A DNA stretch of 64,000 bases from Candidatus Latescibacterota bacterium (GTDB taxonomy: Bacteria; Latescibacterota; UBA2968; UBA8231), in contig OZ241867.1 of assembly GCA_965203175.1 (NCBI GenBank), positions 5,440,001 to 5,504,000 of the forward strand, given 5' to 3'. Each line of letters opens with the position of its first letter. The stretch's first letter is position 1. The notes beneath the pieces were generated by a model, which saw nothing but the letters and a program-made list of their open reading frames with translations, had not been told where the DNA came from and did no database searches. Both the position numbers and the translations under genes were made by a program. Positions 1 through 9,807 of this stretch are shown one piece after another.

Positions 1-300
1 CATCAACAAATTGTCGCGAGTGACGCCAGCGTTGTTGACCAGCACGTCCAACCGGCCCAACTCCGCAATCGTCGCGGCCACCAACTCGGCCGCCTGCTCG
101 GCGTCGGCGACATCGGCCTGGCGCACGAGGCAACGACGTCCTAGGGCCTCAACAGCCGCGGCCACTTCACCAGCCGCCGCAACATTGCGGGCGCAGATCG
201 CCAAGTCCGCGCCTTCTTCTGCCAAGCGCAGGGCAATGGCCCGGCCAATGCCCCGCGATCCACCCGTCACCAGCGCAACTTTTCCGTCCAAGAGTCCCAT
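1..300 (-). CDS. fabG: 3-oxoacyl-ACP reductase (5' part; runs off window start)
   Basis: Manual translation from ATG at 300: MGLLDGKVALVTGGSRGIGRAIA...DVLVNNAGVTRDNLLM (SDR TGxxxGIG and NNAG motifs); directly downstream of fabD. Confidence 0.92.
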   Translation of the reverse strand, partial: MGLLDGKVALVTGGSRGIGRAIALRLAEEGADLAICARNVAAAGEVAAAVEALGRRCLVRQADVADAEQAAELVAATIAELGRLDVLVNNAGVTRDNLLM

Positions 301-301
301 G

Positions 302-1231
302 TTATTCCGCTCCTTTTGCCGCGGCGATTTCTTCCACAGTACCCGCAAGCGCAACCGCGAGCTTGGGCGCAGTGCGGCGCACCAGTCCCCTTAGCACAGC
401 CCCCGGCCCTACTTCAAAAGCGCGGTTGATACCCATAGCCGCCAGCCGCTGCATCGTCGCGCTCCAGCGAACCGGACCCGTAATCTGATGGATCAGGTGC
501 AACCGCAGTTTTTCCGGGTCTTCCACAGGCTCAGCCGAGACATTGGTCAACACCGGCACGCGCGGCGGCGCAAAAGGCACCGCCTGTAACAGCGACTCCA
601 TCTCCACAGCTGCCGACGCCATAAGCGGCGAGTGAAAAGCCCCACTGACGGCCAATTCGACGACGCGCCTAGCACCGGCTTGAGAAGCCAACTCGCTCAC
701 CTGCGCCACCGCGGCCCGCTCACCCGACACCACGACTTGGCCCGGAGCGTTAAAATTGGCGGCTACTGCGATTCCCACATCCGCTACCTGTTGGCACAAG
801 GCTACGACGTGGTCGTCGTCCAGACCGATCACCGCCCCCATCGTCCCCGACCACTCGCTGCCAGCCTCCAGCATCAACCGGCCGCGCGTTCCCACGAGTG
901 TCAGGGCCTCGGCAAAGGAGAGCACTCCAGCCGCCACCAGCGCCGAATATTCCCCGAGGCTGTGTCCGGCTACGGCCACAGGCTGTAATCCAGTAGCGGC
1001 GAGCAACTCGTTGGCGGCGACGCTGTGGACGAAGACAGCCGGCTGCGTAACGTTGGTTTGCGTTAGTTGCTCGGCCGGCCCCTCAAAGCAAATCGCACTG
1101 AGTGGAAAACCCAGCACCTCGTCGGCCTCGGCAAAGCGCGTTCGCACCGACTCGTGCTGCTCGTAGAGGTCGCGGCCCATGCCCACGGCCTGCGAACCCT
1201 GTCCGGGAAACAAAAAGGCGCACCCGCCCAT
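302..1231 (-). CDS. fabD: Malonyl CoA-ACP transacylase
   Basis: FPGQGSQ, GHSLGE catalytic Ser motif, VSGAFHS. Confidence 0.96.
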   Translation of the reverse strand: MGGCAFLFPGQGSQAVGMGRDLYEQHESVRTRFAEADEVLGFPLSAICFEGPAEQLTQTNVTQPAVFVHSVAANELLAATGLQPVAVAGHSLGEYSALVAAGVLSFAEALTLVGTRGRLMLEAGSEWSGTMGAVIGLDDDHVVALCQQVADVGIAVAANFNAPGQVVVSGERAAVAQVSELASQAGARRVVELAVSGAFHSPLMASAAVEMESLLQAVPFAPPRVPVLTNVSAEPVEDPEKLRLHLIHQITGPVRWSATMQRLAAMGINRAFEVGPGAVLRGLVRRTAPKLAVALAGTVEEIAAAKGAE

Positions 1232-1232
1232 C

Positions 1233-2237
1233 TCACGACCCCCAGCGAAACAAGGCGCTGCCCCAAGTAAGGCCGCCGCCGACGCCGGTCATCAGCACCA
1301 AGTCGCCGCGCTCCAACCGACCTTGAGCAGCGGCTTCTGCCAAGGCAATGGGAATTGTCGCGGCCGTGGTATTGGCGTAGCGGTCGATATTCATCATCAC
1401 TTTTTCTGGGGGGAGATCCATGCGCTGGGCCGCGGCGTCGATGATGCGTTTGTTGGCTTGATGTGGCACGAAAAGCTTGAGGTCTGCGCCCGTAAGACCG
1501 TTGCGCTCCAGCAGGCTGACCGACACTTCGGCCATTTTTTCCACGGCAAACCGGAAGACCGTGCGCCCTTCTTGGCGGATGTAGTGCATGCGCTGATCTA
1601 CGGTTTCGTGCGAAGGAGGATGCAGGCTGCCGCCGCCTTTGATGTGCAGGCATTCGACCGCGGCCCCGTCGGCGTATAACTCAAAGTCGATCATGCCGCC
1701 CCCATCCTCACCGCGTTCTAACAATACCCCACCCGCCCCGTCGCCAAAGAGCACGCAAGTCGCGCGGTCCTCAAAGTCGAGGATGCTGCTCATCTTGTCG
1801 GCACCGATGACCATCACCCGGCGATGCGCGCCGCTTTCGATGAACTGAGCGCCGGTCGCCACGGCAAAGACAAAGCCGGAGCAAGCCGCCGACAGGTCGT
1901 AGGCCCAGACCCGGCTGGCTCCGATGGCATGTTGCACCAAGCAGGCCGTCGCCGGAAAGATCATGTCTGGCGTAATGGTCGCGACGATGATTAGGTCGAT
2001 GTCATCGGCGTCGATTCCACGGCGCGCCAATAGCTCTTGGGCCACGGCGATAGCCATGGTGGAGGTCGGCTCGTCCGCCGGCAGGAAGCGCCGCTCGGAA
2101 ATGCCGGTGCGCGAGCGGATCCACCCGTCCGAGGTGTCCACCAGCCGTTCCATATCGGCGTTGGTGATCACCTTGTCGGGCAGGAAGTGCGCAGTGGCCG
2201 TAATGGCCGCGCGAATTCTTTTCCCCTCTTCAGTCAC
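1233..2237 (-). CDS. fabH: 3-oxoacyl-ACP synthase III
   Basis: AACSGF (Cys), PHQAN (His), ANT (Asn), GGGLTWG. Confidence 0.96.
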   Translation of the reverse strand: MTEEGKRIRAAITATAHFLPDKVITNADMERLVDTSDGWIRSRTGISERRFLPADEPTSTMAIAVAQELLARRGIDADDIDLIIVATITPDMIFPATACLVQHAIGASRVWAYDLSAACSGFVFAVATGAQFIESGAHRRVMVIGADKMSSILDFEDRATCVLFGDGAGGVLLERGEDGGGMIDFELYADGAAVECLHIKGGGSLHPPSHETVDQRMHYIRQEGRTVFRFAVEKMAEVSVSLLERNGLTGADLKLFVPHQANKRIIDAAAQRMDLPPEKVMMNIDRYANTTAATIPIALAEAAAQGRLERGDLVLMTGVGGGLTWGSALFRWGS

Positions 2238-2259
2238 GCAAGCATCCGCCCCGAGCAGC

Positions 2260-2442
2260 CTAGACTTCAGGCTCTACGTATTCGCGGCCTCGATAGAAGC
2301 CGCAGCTCGGGCAGACGCGATGGGGCAAGGCGGGTTGTCCGCAGTGGGAGCAAGTAGTCCTCGCCGCTGCCTTGATCTTCCAGTGAGTGCGCCGCTTGTC
2401 GCGGCGGGTGCGCGAAATTCTCCTCTTAGGTACTGCAGCCAC
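2260..2442 (-). CDS. rpmF: 50S ribosomal protein L32
   Basis: MAAVPKRRISRTRRDKRRTH and zinc ribbon CxxC...CxxCG. Confidence 0.96.
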   Translation of the reverse strand: MAAVPKRRISRTRRDKRRTHWKIKAAARTTCSHCGQPALPHRVCPSCGFYRGREYVEPEV

Positions 2443-2454
2443 GGGGAACTCCTC

Positions 2455-2994
2455 TCAAGAATTTTCTTTGGGTTGGGAAAAATCGATCTGTGCGAGGGCG
2501 GCCCAACGCGGGTCCACTTCTCGCTCCTGTTCGGCGGTGGGTTCGTCGGCTCCGTCAACTCCGCAGTGCGGGCATCGCCCATCGGCGTCCGGGGTGGGTA
2601 TGCGCATCGGCAAATCTAAGATTACGGCCTCGCGAATGTACGCGCACAAATCGAACTCGCGCGTCCCCGGATCGACGATCTCGATGAACCCGTCTTTTTC
2701 GGCCGACGCCAACTCTTCGGGGGTAGCCTGGCGGCGCTGCAAGAGCAAGCGGAACCGCGCTGCGACCTCTTCTTGTACTTCCTCTAGACAGCGATAGCAC
2801 TCGCCGGCAATCCGGCAGGTGACAACCCCGTCGATCCTGAAGTTGTCGAGCGCGCGCCGCACCTCAATGCGGGCTTCCACGCTGGAGGGGAAAGCGAAAA
2901 ATTCGTCTTTTAGCTCCAGTTCCTCTGCGCGCAGATCAAAGGCGAGCGCATTGGGGCCCTCTGCGAGGTCGTCGAGTACTAGCAAGGCGCTCAT
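2455..2994 (-). CDS. yceD: YceD/DUF177 family protein (23S rRNA accumulation)
   Basis: ECYRCLE motif, REAVILDLPMR, DPRWAAL C-terminus; upstream of rpmF; start reassigned to ATG 2994 to avoid overlap with ndk. Confidence 0.88.
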   Translation of the reverse strand: MSALLVLDDLAEGPNALAFDLRAEELELKDEFFAFPSSVEARIEVRRALDNFRIDGVVTCRIAGECYRCLEEVQEEVAARFRLLLQRRQATPEELASAEKDGFIEIVDPGTREFDLCAYIREAVILDLPMRIPTPDADGRCPHCGVDGADEPTAEQEREVDPRWAALAQIDFSQPKENS

Positions 2995-3002
2995 GGGATT
3001 GC

Positions 3003-3404
3003 TCAGTCGGCAAAGAAAAACGCGATCTCGGACTTGGCGTTGGCCGCTGAGTCCGAGGCGTGCACGGCGTTGCACTGCACGTCCGTGCCAAAGTCGCCGC
3101 GAATTGTGCCCGTCGGAGCCTCTGTGCTATTGGTCGGCCCGATAAAATCGCGCAAATGCGCCACCGCGTCGGCGCGCTCTAGCACCATCGGCACCGCTGG
3201 CCCCGAGGTCATAAATTCCACCAACTCGCCGTAAAAGGGTCGCTCCCGATGCACGGCGTAGAAGGCCCGCGCTTGCTCGGCAGATAGCTCGACCATGCGC
3301 AGAGCGCGCACCACAAACCCCTCGCCCTCCACGCGGGCAATAATCTGGCCGATGGCGTTTTTGGCGACCGCATCGGGCTTGATGATCATCAACGTGCGTT
3401 CCAT
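3003..3404 (-). CDS. ndk: Nucleoside diphosphate kinase
   Basis: MERTLMIIKPDAV, GTIRGDFG, NAVHASDS phospho-His motif. Confidence 0.97.
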   Translation of the reverse strand: MERTLMIIKPDAVAKNAIGQIIARVEGEGFVVRALRMVELSAEQARAFYAVHRERPFYGELVEFMTSGPAVPMVLERADAVAHLRDFIGPTNSTEAPTGTIRGDFGTDVQCNAVHASDSAANAKSEIAFFFAD

Positions 3405-3457
3405 AAATAGAATTTATTTCCTCGGCAAGTGCTTTCCCTAGTTAAACAAAAGTCTGA

Positions 3458-3486
3458 AAAATAGGAGCCAATCGGTTTTGTGTCAA
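3458..3486 (-). promoter_or_regulatory. sigma70-type promoter for the ndk-fab operon
   Basis: Minus strand TTGACA (3486-3481), 17-nt spacer, TATTTT (3463-3458). Confidence 0.6.
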
Positions 3487-3549
3487 TGGACGGCCCGCGC
3501 AACAAAATGCCCTAAGTATCGCTTTCATAACGAGTTCGGCGCATATTTC

Positions 3550-3578
3550 TTGACAGGGTAACACGCCTCTCCTAGATT
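3550..3578 (+). promoter_or_regulatory. sigma70-type promoter for the HD-domain gene
   Basis: TTGACA (3550-3555), 17-nt spacer, TAGATT (3573-3578). Confidence 0.65.
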
Positions 3579-3588
3579 GGCCAATACT

Positions 3589-4932
3589 ATGGATTATCCA
3601 CTTTTAGCCGAAGAAGGCAAGGCCTTCCGCGATCCGGTTTGGGGCTATATCCACTTCCCCGCTCCCGTCCTCGCCCTCGTCGATACCCGGGCCTTCCAGC
3701 GCCTGCGCAACATCTCCCAGCTCGGCTACGTGCATCTGGTGTACCCAGGCGCGCGCCACTCGCGTTTTGAGCATTCGCTGGGCGTCTATCACTTGGCCAA
3801 GCAGTTTTTGACCCGTCTCCTCGACTCGGACCCGCCCCTAGTGCTGAGCGAAGAGGACGTGCGCGTCTTCATCGCCGCCACCTTGCTCCACGACATCGGC
3901 CACTACCCCTTCTCGCATACCCTCGAAGAGCTAAGACCCTTTTTCATCCGGCACGAAGAAGGGGCCCGGCAGATCATCGAAGACCAAAACGGCGAACTCT
4001 ACCAGACGATCGCCGATAAATTCCAGATTGATCCAGCGCGGGTAGCCAATGTCATCGACTACGAAAACATCGGTCGCGCGGTTCCCCCCGAGGACCTGCT
4101 CTTGGCCAATATCCTCAGCAGCACCCTCGACCCCGACAAAATCGACTATCTCCTGCGCGATTCCATGTTCTGCGGCGTCCCCTTCGGCGAGAGCGTCAAC
4201 CGCGACCGCCTGATCGCCTCCATCAAGTTCGACTCTGAGCGCCAGCGGCTGGGCATCACCAGCAAGGGCGTCTCCGCGGTCGAGGCCCTTGTCTTTACCA
4301 ATTACCAAATGTACCGCAACGTGTACTGGCACCACGGCGTGCGCTCGGCGTCGGCCATGTTCAAGCGCGCCGTGCAAGAAATCCTCCTCCACCCGCACAA
4401 CCGGCTCGACTTCTCCGATTTCCACCGCCTCACCGAGAGTGGGCTAATCGCTCGCCTCCAGCGCGAGCAGGAGCGCCTAGGGCTGGAAACCTCCGCCCAG
4501 CTCCTCGAAGGCACGATCTACCGCCGCCTCTACAAGGTCGCTACCGTCATCCACCCCAGCGAGCGCACCCAGCCTCTGATGAACCGCCTCGACTTTCTCT
4601 TTCGCCATCCCTATAAGCGCCGCGCCAAGGAAATCGAGCTGTGCCAAGTCTTCGGCCAGCGGCTTGGCCGCTCGTTCCAAGGTCACGAGATCCTCATCGA
4701 CATCCCCAGCTTCAACAAGACCCCCGAAGTCGATCTGAGAGTTTTCTACGGTCGCACGCTTCCCGCCGACAAGACCGACCCCCTGACCTTTGCCGACCCA
4801 GAGGTCTCCCGCCTGCGCGACTCGCTGCTGCACAACTTCGAGGACCAAGCCAAAATTTTCCGTATCTTCTGCATTGACGACCCCGACCTGCGGGAGTTGG
4901 TGGGCAAAGAGGCCAAGCAGTATCTCAGTTGA
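3589..4932 (+). CDS. HD-domain phosphohydrolase, SAMHD1/YdhJ-like (putative dNTP triphosphohydrolase)
   Basis: RDPVWGYI, FQRLRNISQLG, HSRFEHSLG, LLHDIGH, DKIDYLLRD; ATG 3589 preferred because TTG 3577 lies within the -10 box. Confidence 0.85.
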   Translation: MDYPLLAEEGKAFRDPVWGYIHFPAPVLALVDTRAFQRLRNISQLGYVHLVYPGARHSRFEHSLGVYHLAKQFLTRLLDSDPPLVLSEEDVRVFIAATLLHDIGHYPFSHTLEELRPFFIRHEEGARQIIEDQNGELYQTIADKFQIDPARVANVIDYENIGRAVPPEDLLLANILSSTLDPDKIDYLLRDSMFCGVPFGESVNRDRLIASIKFDSERQRLGITSKGVSAVEALVFTNYQMYRNVYWHHGVRSASAMFKRAVQEILLHPHNRLDFSDFHRLTESGLIARLQREQERLGLETSAQLLEGTIYRRLYKVATVIHPSERTQPLMNRLDFLFRHPYKRRAKEIELCQVFGQRLGRSFQGHEILIDIPSFNKTPEVDLRVFYGRTLPADKTDPLTFADPEVSRLRDSLLHNFEDQAKIFRIFCIDDPDLRELVGKEAKQYLS

Positions 4933-5023
4933 AAATCGGTTCAAGTAGCCAGCCGGAAGCGACGGTTATTTCTTGCAGATCTAACATCAGATATTAAATT
5001 TGCAAGAAATAGGTTCGCATACT

Positions 5024-6253
5024 ATGCCCTATCTCAAGCGTCATTTGACGCAAACCATCCTTCGGGCCGCCGCAACCTTTCCCGCCGTTCTGGTCACCGG
5101 TGCGCGGCAGACGGGCAAAACCACCCTGTTGCGCCGAGAGTTCGGCGCTTCCCACCGCTATCTCTCGCTCGAACGCCCCGACATCCGGGCGCGCGCCCAA
5201 GCCGATCCAATCGCCTTCCTCGCCGAGGCCGCCCCACCGGCGATCCTCGACGAGATCCAGTACGCGCCAGATCTGCTCCACTACATCAAAGAGGATATCG
5301 ACGCCAACCGCTTCCCCGGCCGCTGGCTCCTGACCGGGTCGCAGCACTTCGCGCTCATGCACGGCCTCAGCCAAACCCTCTCCGGTCGCGTCGCCGTCCT
5401 CTCCCTAGACCCGCTCTCCACAGCCGAAGTTGAACAACAACCAGCGCCGTCTAGCATTGATACCCTGCTAGACAAAGTGTTCGGTGCCTCCTCGGCTGCG
5501 GACCAACCATCGCAGCCGATTGAGCTCGCAGACTGGCTTTTACGCGGCGGCTTCCCCGAGCCGAGGATCAACCCGCAGGTGGATCGACAACTCTGGTTTG
5601 GCAGCTATGTCCAAACCTACCTCGAACGCGACGTGCGTGACCTAGCTCAGATCGCCGATTTGGGCGCTTTTACCCGCTTCCTCATGCTCGTCGGTGCCCG
5701 CACTGGCACCACGCTCAACATGACCGAACTCAGCCGCGAAGTCGGCGTCAGCAACCCGACGATCAAGCGCTGGCTCTCAGTGCTGGAAACCAGCCAGATC
5801 ATTTATCTGCTACAACCCTATTACCGCAACTTAGGCAAACGCCTGCGCAAAAGTCCCAAGCTCTACCTGATTGACCCTGGGTTAGCCACTTTCTTCCTCG
5901 GCCTCCACGCACCAGAATCGGTACTCCAAGGCCCCAGTCTAGGGGCGCTAGTGGAAACGGCCGTGGTAGGCGAGTGGCTAAAAGCCTGTCGGCAACAGGG
6001 CGAAAAACCAAATCTGTACTACTGGCAATCGAACACCATCGCCGAAGTAGATCTCGTCATCGAACGCGGCGGCGCGCTCTACGGCATCGAGGCCAAAGCT
6101 ACCGCCACGCCCACGCCAAACCACGCTGAGGGTCTGGCGCGCTGGCTCGCCCTCGTCGGCTCCCAAGCTAGCGGCGTCCTAGCCTGCCGCGTCGATGCAC
6201 CGCACACTTTGCGGCCGGGCATCCGCGCTGTTCCCTGGCACCTCACTTGGTAG
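5024..6253 (+). CDS. AAA+ ATPase with C-terminal DUF4143-type/PD-(D/E)xK-like domain
   Basis: Walker A GARQTGKTT, Walker B ILDEIQ, LTGS, KSPKLYLIDPG, EVDLVIE...IEAK. Confidence 0.85.
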   Translation: MPYLKRHLTQTILRAAATFPAVLVTGARQTGKTTLLRREFGASHRYLSLERPDIRARAQADPIAFLAEAAPPAILDEIQYAPDLLHYIKEDIDANRFPGRWLLTGSQHFALMHGLSQTLSGRVAVLSLDPLSTAEVEQQPAPSSIDTLLDKVFGASSAADQPSQPIELADWLLRGGFPEPRINPQVDRQLWFGSYVQTYLERDVRDLAQIADLGAFTRFLMLVGARTGTTLNMTELSREVGVSNPTIKRWLSVLETSQIIYLLQPYYRNLGKRLRKSPKLYLIDPGLATFFLGLHAPESVLQGPSLGALVETAVVGEWLKACRQQGEKPNLYYWQSNTIAEVDLVIERGGALYGIEAKATATPTPNHAEGLARWLALVGSQASGVLACRVDAPHTLRPGIRAVPWHLTW

Positions 6254-6979
6254 GTTGGTTACAGAGCTTGCTTATTAGTGTATTCGTTTGAAAATTAGGC
6301 AGCGACCTAGCTCTTGTGATAGCTGGCTGCGGCAGCTAGATTCAAGTCACAACAGGCTCAGCCGGGACCAATTATACCTTTTGGGTCAGAGATCACTATA
6401 AAATCCCCGAATAAGCCGCAAGGATTACAGAAATATCACTCATATGTCCCTGCGTTTTATGTCTGTCTCTTAAGACTCATCGTAAAGCGCGTGGCGCACC
6501 TTAATTTCAAACGGATACACTACCCACAGACGAAGGGATAGAGTAATGCCACCGATAGCTAAAGCAATCGGCTTTACCCTCTCCGGCCCTACCGCCGCGA
6601 CCCGGCCTGGGACGAACCGGAGGAGTATACGAGACCCATTACAACCGCACTGGCTGCTTGGCGTAGAGACCGTCGCCGTCTCTACTGGCCTCCTCCCCAT
6701 CCTGCCGCAGCACCGTCTGGCATTAGAGATGAGTACTGCTCGGCGAACGCCAGGAGCGGTAGAGGCAACAGACGTTGCGTACCGCCCGCCCCGAAGGTTG
6801 AGCCGAGCAGGCGCTGAAGGTTGGGTGCTCAACCTGCCAAGAGGGATACCGTCCACATGGAACCGCGTCAAGTTTGAACCTACTCAGCAAGCCAAAACGC
6901 CTTGTGCGTTTCGGCTTCATCGCCGTTTCAATCCCTATCCCTCTGCCGACTCAAATCGCCAGTCTCACGGGAGGTATCT

Positions 6980-8431
6980 ATGAGACAATCAGAGGGAAAA
7001 CGAGAGGCCGGTGAACACAGCAACGGCCTCCAGATGGCACCCGAACAGATGCTTGATCTGGCGCGCAAGGCCGCAGAACTCGTGGTGGAGCGGATCGACG
7101 GCCTGCCCAGCGAAAATGCTTGGGAAGGAGAATTCCGACGCGAACTCGAAAATTGGCTGGTAGAGGAGCCGCCCGAGGCGGGCCGGCCAGCAGCGGAAGT
7201 CATTGAGCAGGCTGCACGAGATGTTCTCCCCATTGCGACGCGGCTGGACCACCCGCGTTGCTTTGGGTTTATCCCGACAGCACCCACTTGGCCCGGAGTA
7301 CTCGCCGACTTCATGGCCGCCGGATACAACGCCAATGCCTGCACTTGGTTGGTCGCCAGCGGCCCGAGCCAGCTAGAACTGGTCGTCATCGACTGGTTGC
7401 GGCGCTGGATCGGCTACCCAGAGAGCGCTGGCGGGCTGTTGACGAGCGGCGGCTCAGCGGCCAGCCTCGACGCCTTTGTCGCGGCGCGAGAAGCAGCGGG
7501 CCACCCCGAGCGGATGACTGTGTACATGAGCGACCAGAGCCATAGCGCACACATCCGTGCGGCCAAGATCATCGGCGTACGGCCGGAGTGCGTACGCTTG
7601 CTTCCGAGCGACGATCAGTTCCGCCTAGACATGGAGGCGCTCGCGCGTGCTGTGGCCGACGACCGAGCGACGGGGTTTAATCCCATCGCGATATGCGCCA
7701 ACGCCGGCGCGAGCAGCACCGGAGCCATTGATCCGATCGGAGCCATGGCCGATTACTGCGAGGCGGAAGGCATTTGGCTGCACGTCGATGCGGCGTACGG
7801 CGGCTTCGCAGTCGTGACCGAGCGGGGCAAGGAGCTTTTGCGCGGGATTGAGCGCGCCGATTCGATTGGGCTGGACGCGCACAAATGGTTCTTCCAGCCT
7901 TATGAAGCCGGCGGCCTACTAGTGAAGGATCTGAGCACGCTTGAGCACGCTTTCGGCGTTCACCACGACATTCTCCAAGACACAATATGGGGCGCGAACC
8001 ACCCGAACTTCTCGGATCGCGGCCTGCAACTGAGCCGCTCGGTGCGAGCGTTGAAGATTTGGATGTCAGTGCAAACCTTTGGGATGGCCGCGTTCCGGCA
8101 GGCCGTGTCAAAGGGAATAGAGTTGGCCGATCAAACCGAGGAGTACGTCCAGGCGAGCCCGACCCTGGAGATGTTGACCCCCGCGTCGCTGAGCATCGTG
8201 TGCTTCCGGGTCAACCCCGCCGACATGGACCTCGACGAGGAATCCCTCGAAGCAATCAACAAGACGGTGCTCGCCCACGTCTTTTGGGACGACCAGGCCT
8301 TCGTATCATCGACCCTTCTCCACGGAAAGTTTTCGCTGCGGATGTGCATCGTCAACCACACTACTACCTGGGACGATGTGCGCAAGACCCTAGAGGCTAT
8401 CGAGCGGTTTGGGCGTGAGGCGTCAGCCTAA
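6980..8431 (+). CDS. Group II PLP-dependent (aromatic amino acid/glutamate-type) decarboxylase
   Basis: LHVDAAYGG, DSIGLDAHKW (PLP Lys), SDQSHS; GGAGG RBS before ATG 6980. Confidence 0.88.
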   Translation: MRQSEGKREAGEHSNGLQMAPEQMLDLARKAAELVVERIDGLPSENAWEGEFRRELENWLVEEPPEAGRPAAEVIEQAARDVLPIATRLDHPRCFGFIPTAPTWPGVLADFMAAGYNANACTWLVASGPSQLELVVIDWLRRWIGYPESAGGLLTSGGSAASLDAFVAAREAAGHPERMTVYMSDQSHSAHIRAAKIIGVRPECVRLLPSDDQFRLDMEALARAVADDRATGFNPIAICANAGASSTGAIDPIGAMADYCEAEGIWLHVDAAYGGFAVVTERGKELLRGIERADSIGLDAHKWFFQPYEAGGLLVKDLSTLEHAFGVHHDILQDTIWGANHPNFSDRGLQLSRSVRALKIWMSVQTFGMAAFRQAVSKGIELADQTEEYVQASPTLEMLTPASLSIVCFRVNPADMDLDEESLEAINKTVLAHVFWDDQAFVSSTLLHGKFSLRMCIVNHTTTWDDVRKTLEAIERFGREASA

Positions 8432-8507
8432 AGGAGGACATTGTGTGTAGAAGCGGTTTTACACCTGAGCCTCTCTCAAGTTATGAAACCACTTCTAGTC
8501 AACGGAT

Positions 8508-9653
8508 TCACAGGCTGTACTGCGGGATCTTCAGCAGTTCGCCGTCCTTCAGCGCCGACTCGTGCGCGACGATGCCGCTGACCGTCATGTTAAGTGCTTG
8601 GGCCACGTCGATGAGAGGCGTGCGGTCCAGCAGGATCGCCTCGACGAACTCGCACATCAGGTAGCCGTGAGAGCCGCCGTGCCCGCCGGCGTCCACCCCC
8701 GGAGGAAGAGGTGGACGCTTAAATGTTGGCACAGAGTCCTGCCCGCCATTCTGGAACGCGCCGTAGAAGGTGCCCTTCTCCGTGCGAATCCGGCCCGTCT
8801 CCCCGCCGACACCCGGCGTGTCCCAGCTAACCCCCATCCGCGCCATGCCGCCGTCGCTAGTGCGAAATAGCGCGATTTCGGTACCAAACGGGTTGCCGTA
8901 GCGATTGTTTGCAGCCTTCAGATGATCGACGCTGCTGGGCACGCCCATGCAGGAAACCTCGGTGAAGCTCCCGCCGGTGATGCCCACGTAGTAGGCATTG
9001 GAGTGCGTGGGATACCATTGCGGGGGAGCCCCAGTGCGCCAGCCCTCGTGCGCGGCCAGCGGCGTCGGGAAGTAGTGCCAGTATTCACCCTCTGCATAGA
9101 CGACTTTTCCCAGCGCGCCGGCTCGGTACAACTCCCGCATGTTGTAGAGATCTTCGTGGAAGTACGAGGTTTCGAACATCATGTAGCTGCGGTCGGCCGT
9201 CTTGGCCGCGGCGAAAAGCGCCTCCGCATCCTCCAGTGATCCCCACACGGCGGGCACGGCCGATGCAACGTGTTTGCCGGCTTTGAGCGCGGCGATGGCC
9301 AGCCGGGCATGGCTCGGGGCGTCGGTGGCAACGAAAACGGCCTCGAGCGAGTCGTCCTCGATCAACTCTTCGCACGAGGCATAGGCGGTCGCACAGCGGC
9401 ATGCTCTGGCCAGTTCAGCCCGCTTATCGGGATCCAGTTCGGCCACCGCGGCGACAGTCACATTCGGGTGGTTCTGGAAGTGGAAAGCCGCACCGAAATT
9501 GCACACGCCATACCCGGCGATACCTACGCGAATCACGCGGTCGGACACGGGTTGCCAGTCCTTCGACGCCTCGTAGTCAGTAACTGCCTTCTCGAAGCCT
9601 TGGATCGGGACGGCCTCCGCCGTCGGTTCTGCATCACTCTTCTGGTTCATCAT
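8508..9653 (-). CDS. Gfo/Idh/MocA family oxidoreductase
   Basis: RVGIAGYG Rossmann start, AGKHVASAVP, YAEGEYWH, GHGGSH. Confidence 0.8.
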   Translation of the reverse strand: MMNQKSDAEPTAEAVPIQGFEKAVTDYEASKDWQPVSDRVIRVGIAGYGVCNFGAAFHFQNHPNVTVAAVAELDPDKRAELARACRCATAYASCEELIEDDSLEAVFVATDAPSHARLAIAALKAGKHVASAVPAVWGSLEDAEALFAAAKTADRSYMMFETSYFHEDLYNMRELYRAGALGKVVYAEGEYWHYFPTPLAAHEGWRTGAPPQWYPTHSNAYYVGITGGSFTEVSCMGVPSSVDHLKAANNRYGNPFGTEIALFRTSDGGMARMGVSWDTPGVGGETGRIRTEKGTFYGAFQNGGQDSVPTFKRPPLPPGVDAGGHGGSHGYLMCEFVEAILLDRTPLIDVAQALNMTVSGIVAHESALKDGELLKIPQYSL

Positions 9654-9703
9654 TCCCCCTTTAGTATCTCAACCACGCGCCTCCATCCACATGGTGAGGA
9701 TTA

Positions 9704-9782
9704 GGAACGATAAAGGGCCCTCACCGATGCGTTGTCAATACGGTCCCTTGACAACGCATCCATAAAGGCTTCTTATCGTTCC
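9704..9782. promoter_or_regulatory. Back-to-back divergent promoters forming an imperfect inverted repeat
   Basis: Arms 9704-9738 and 9748-9782 are 28/35 complementary, with perfect core GATGCGTTGTCAA/TTGACAACGCATC; each arm carries TTGACA facing a gene. Confidence 0.75.
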
Positions 9783-9807
9783 GATCCGTACAGAGGGAGC
9801 GATAAAA

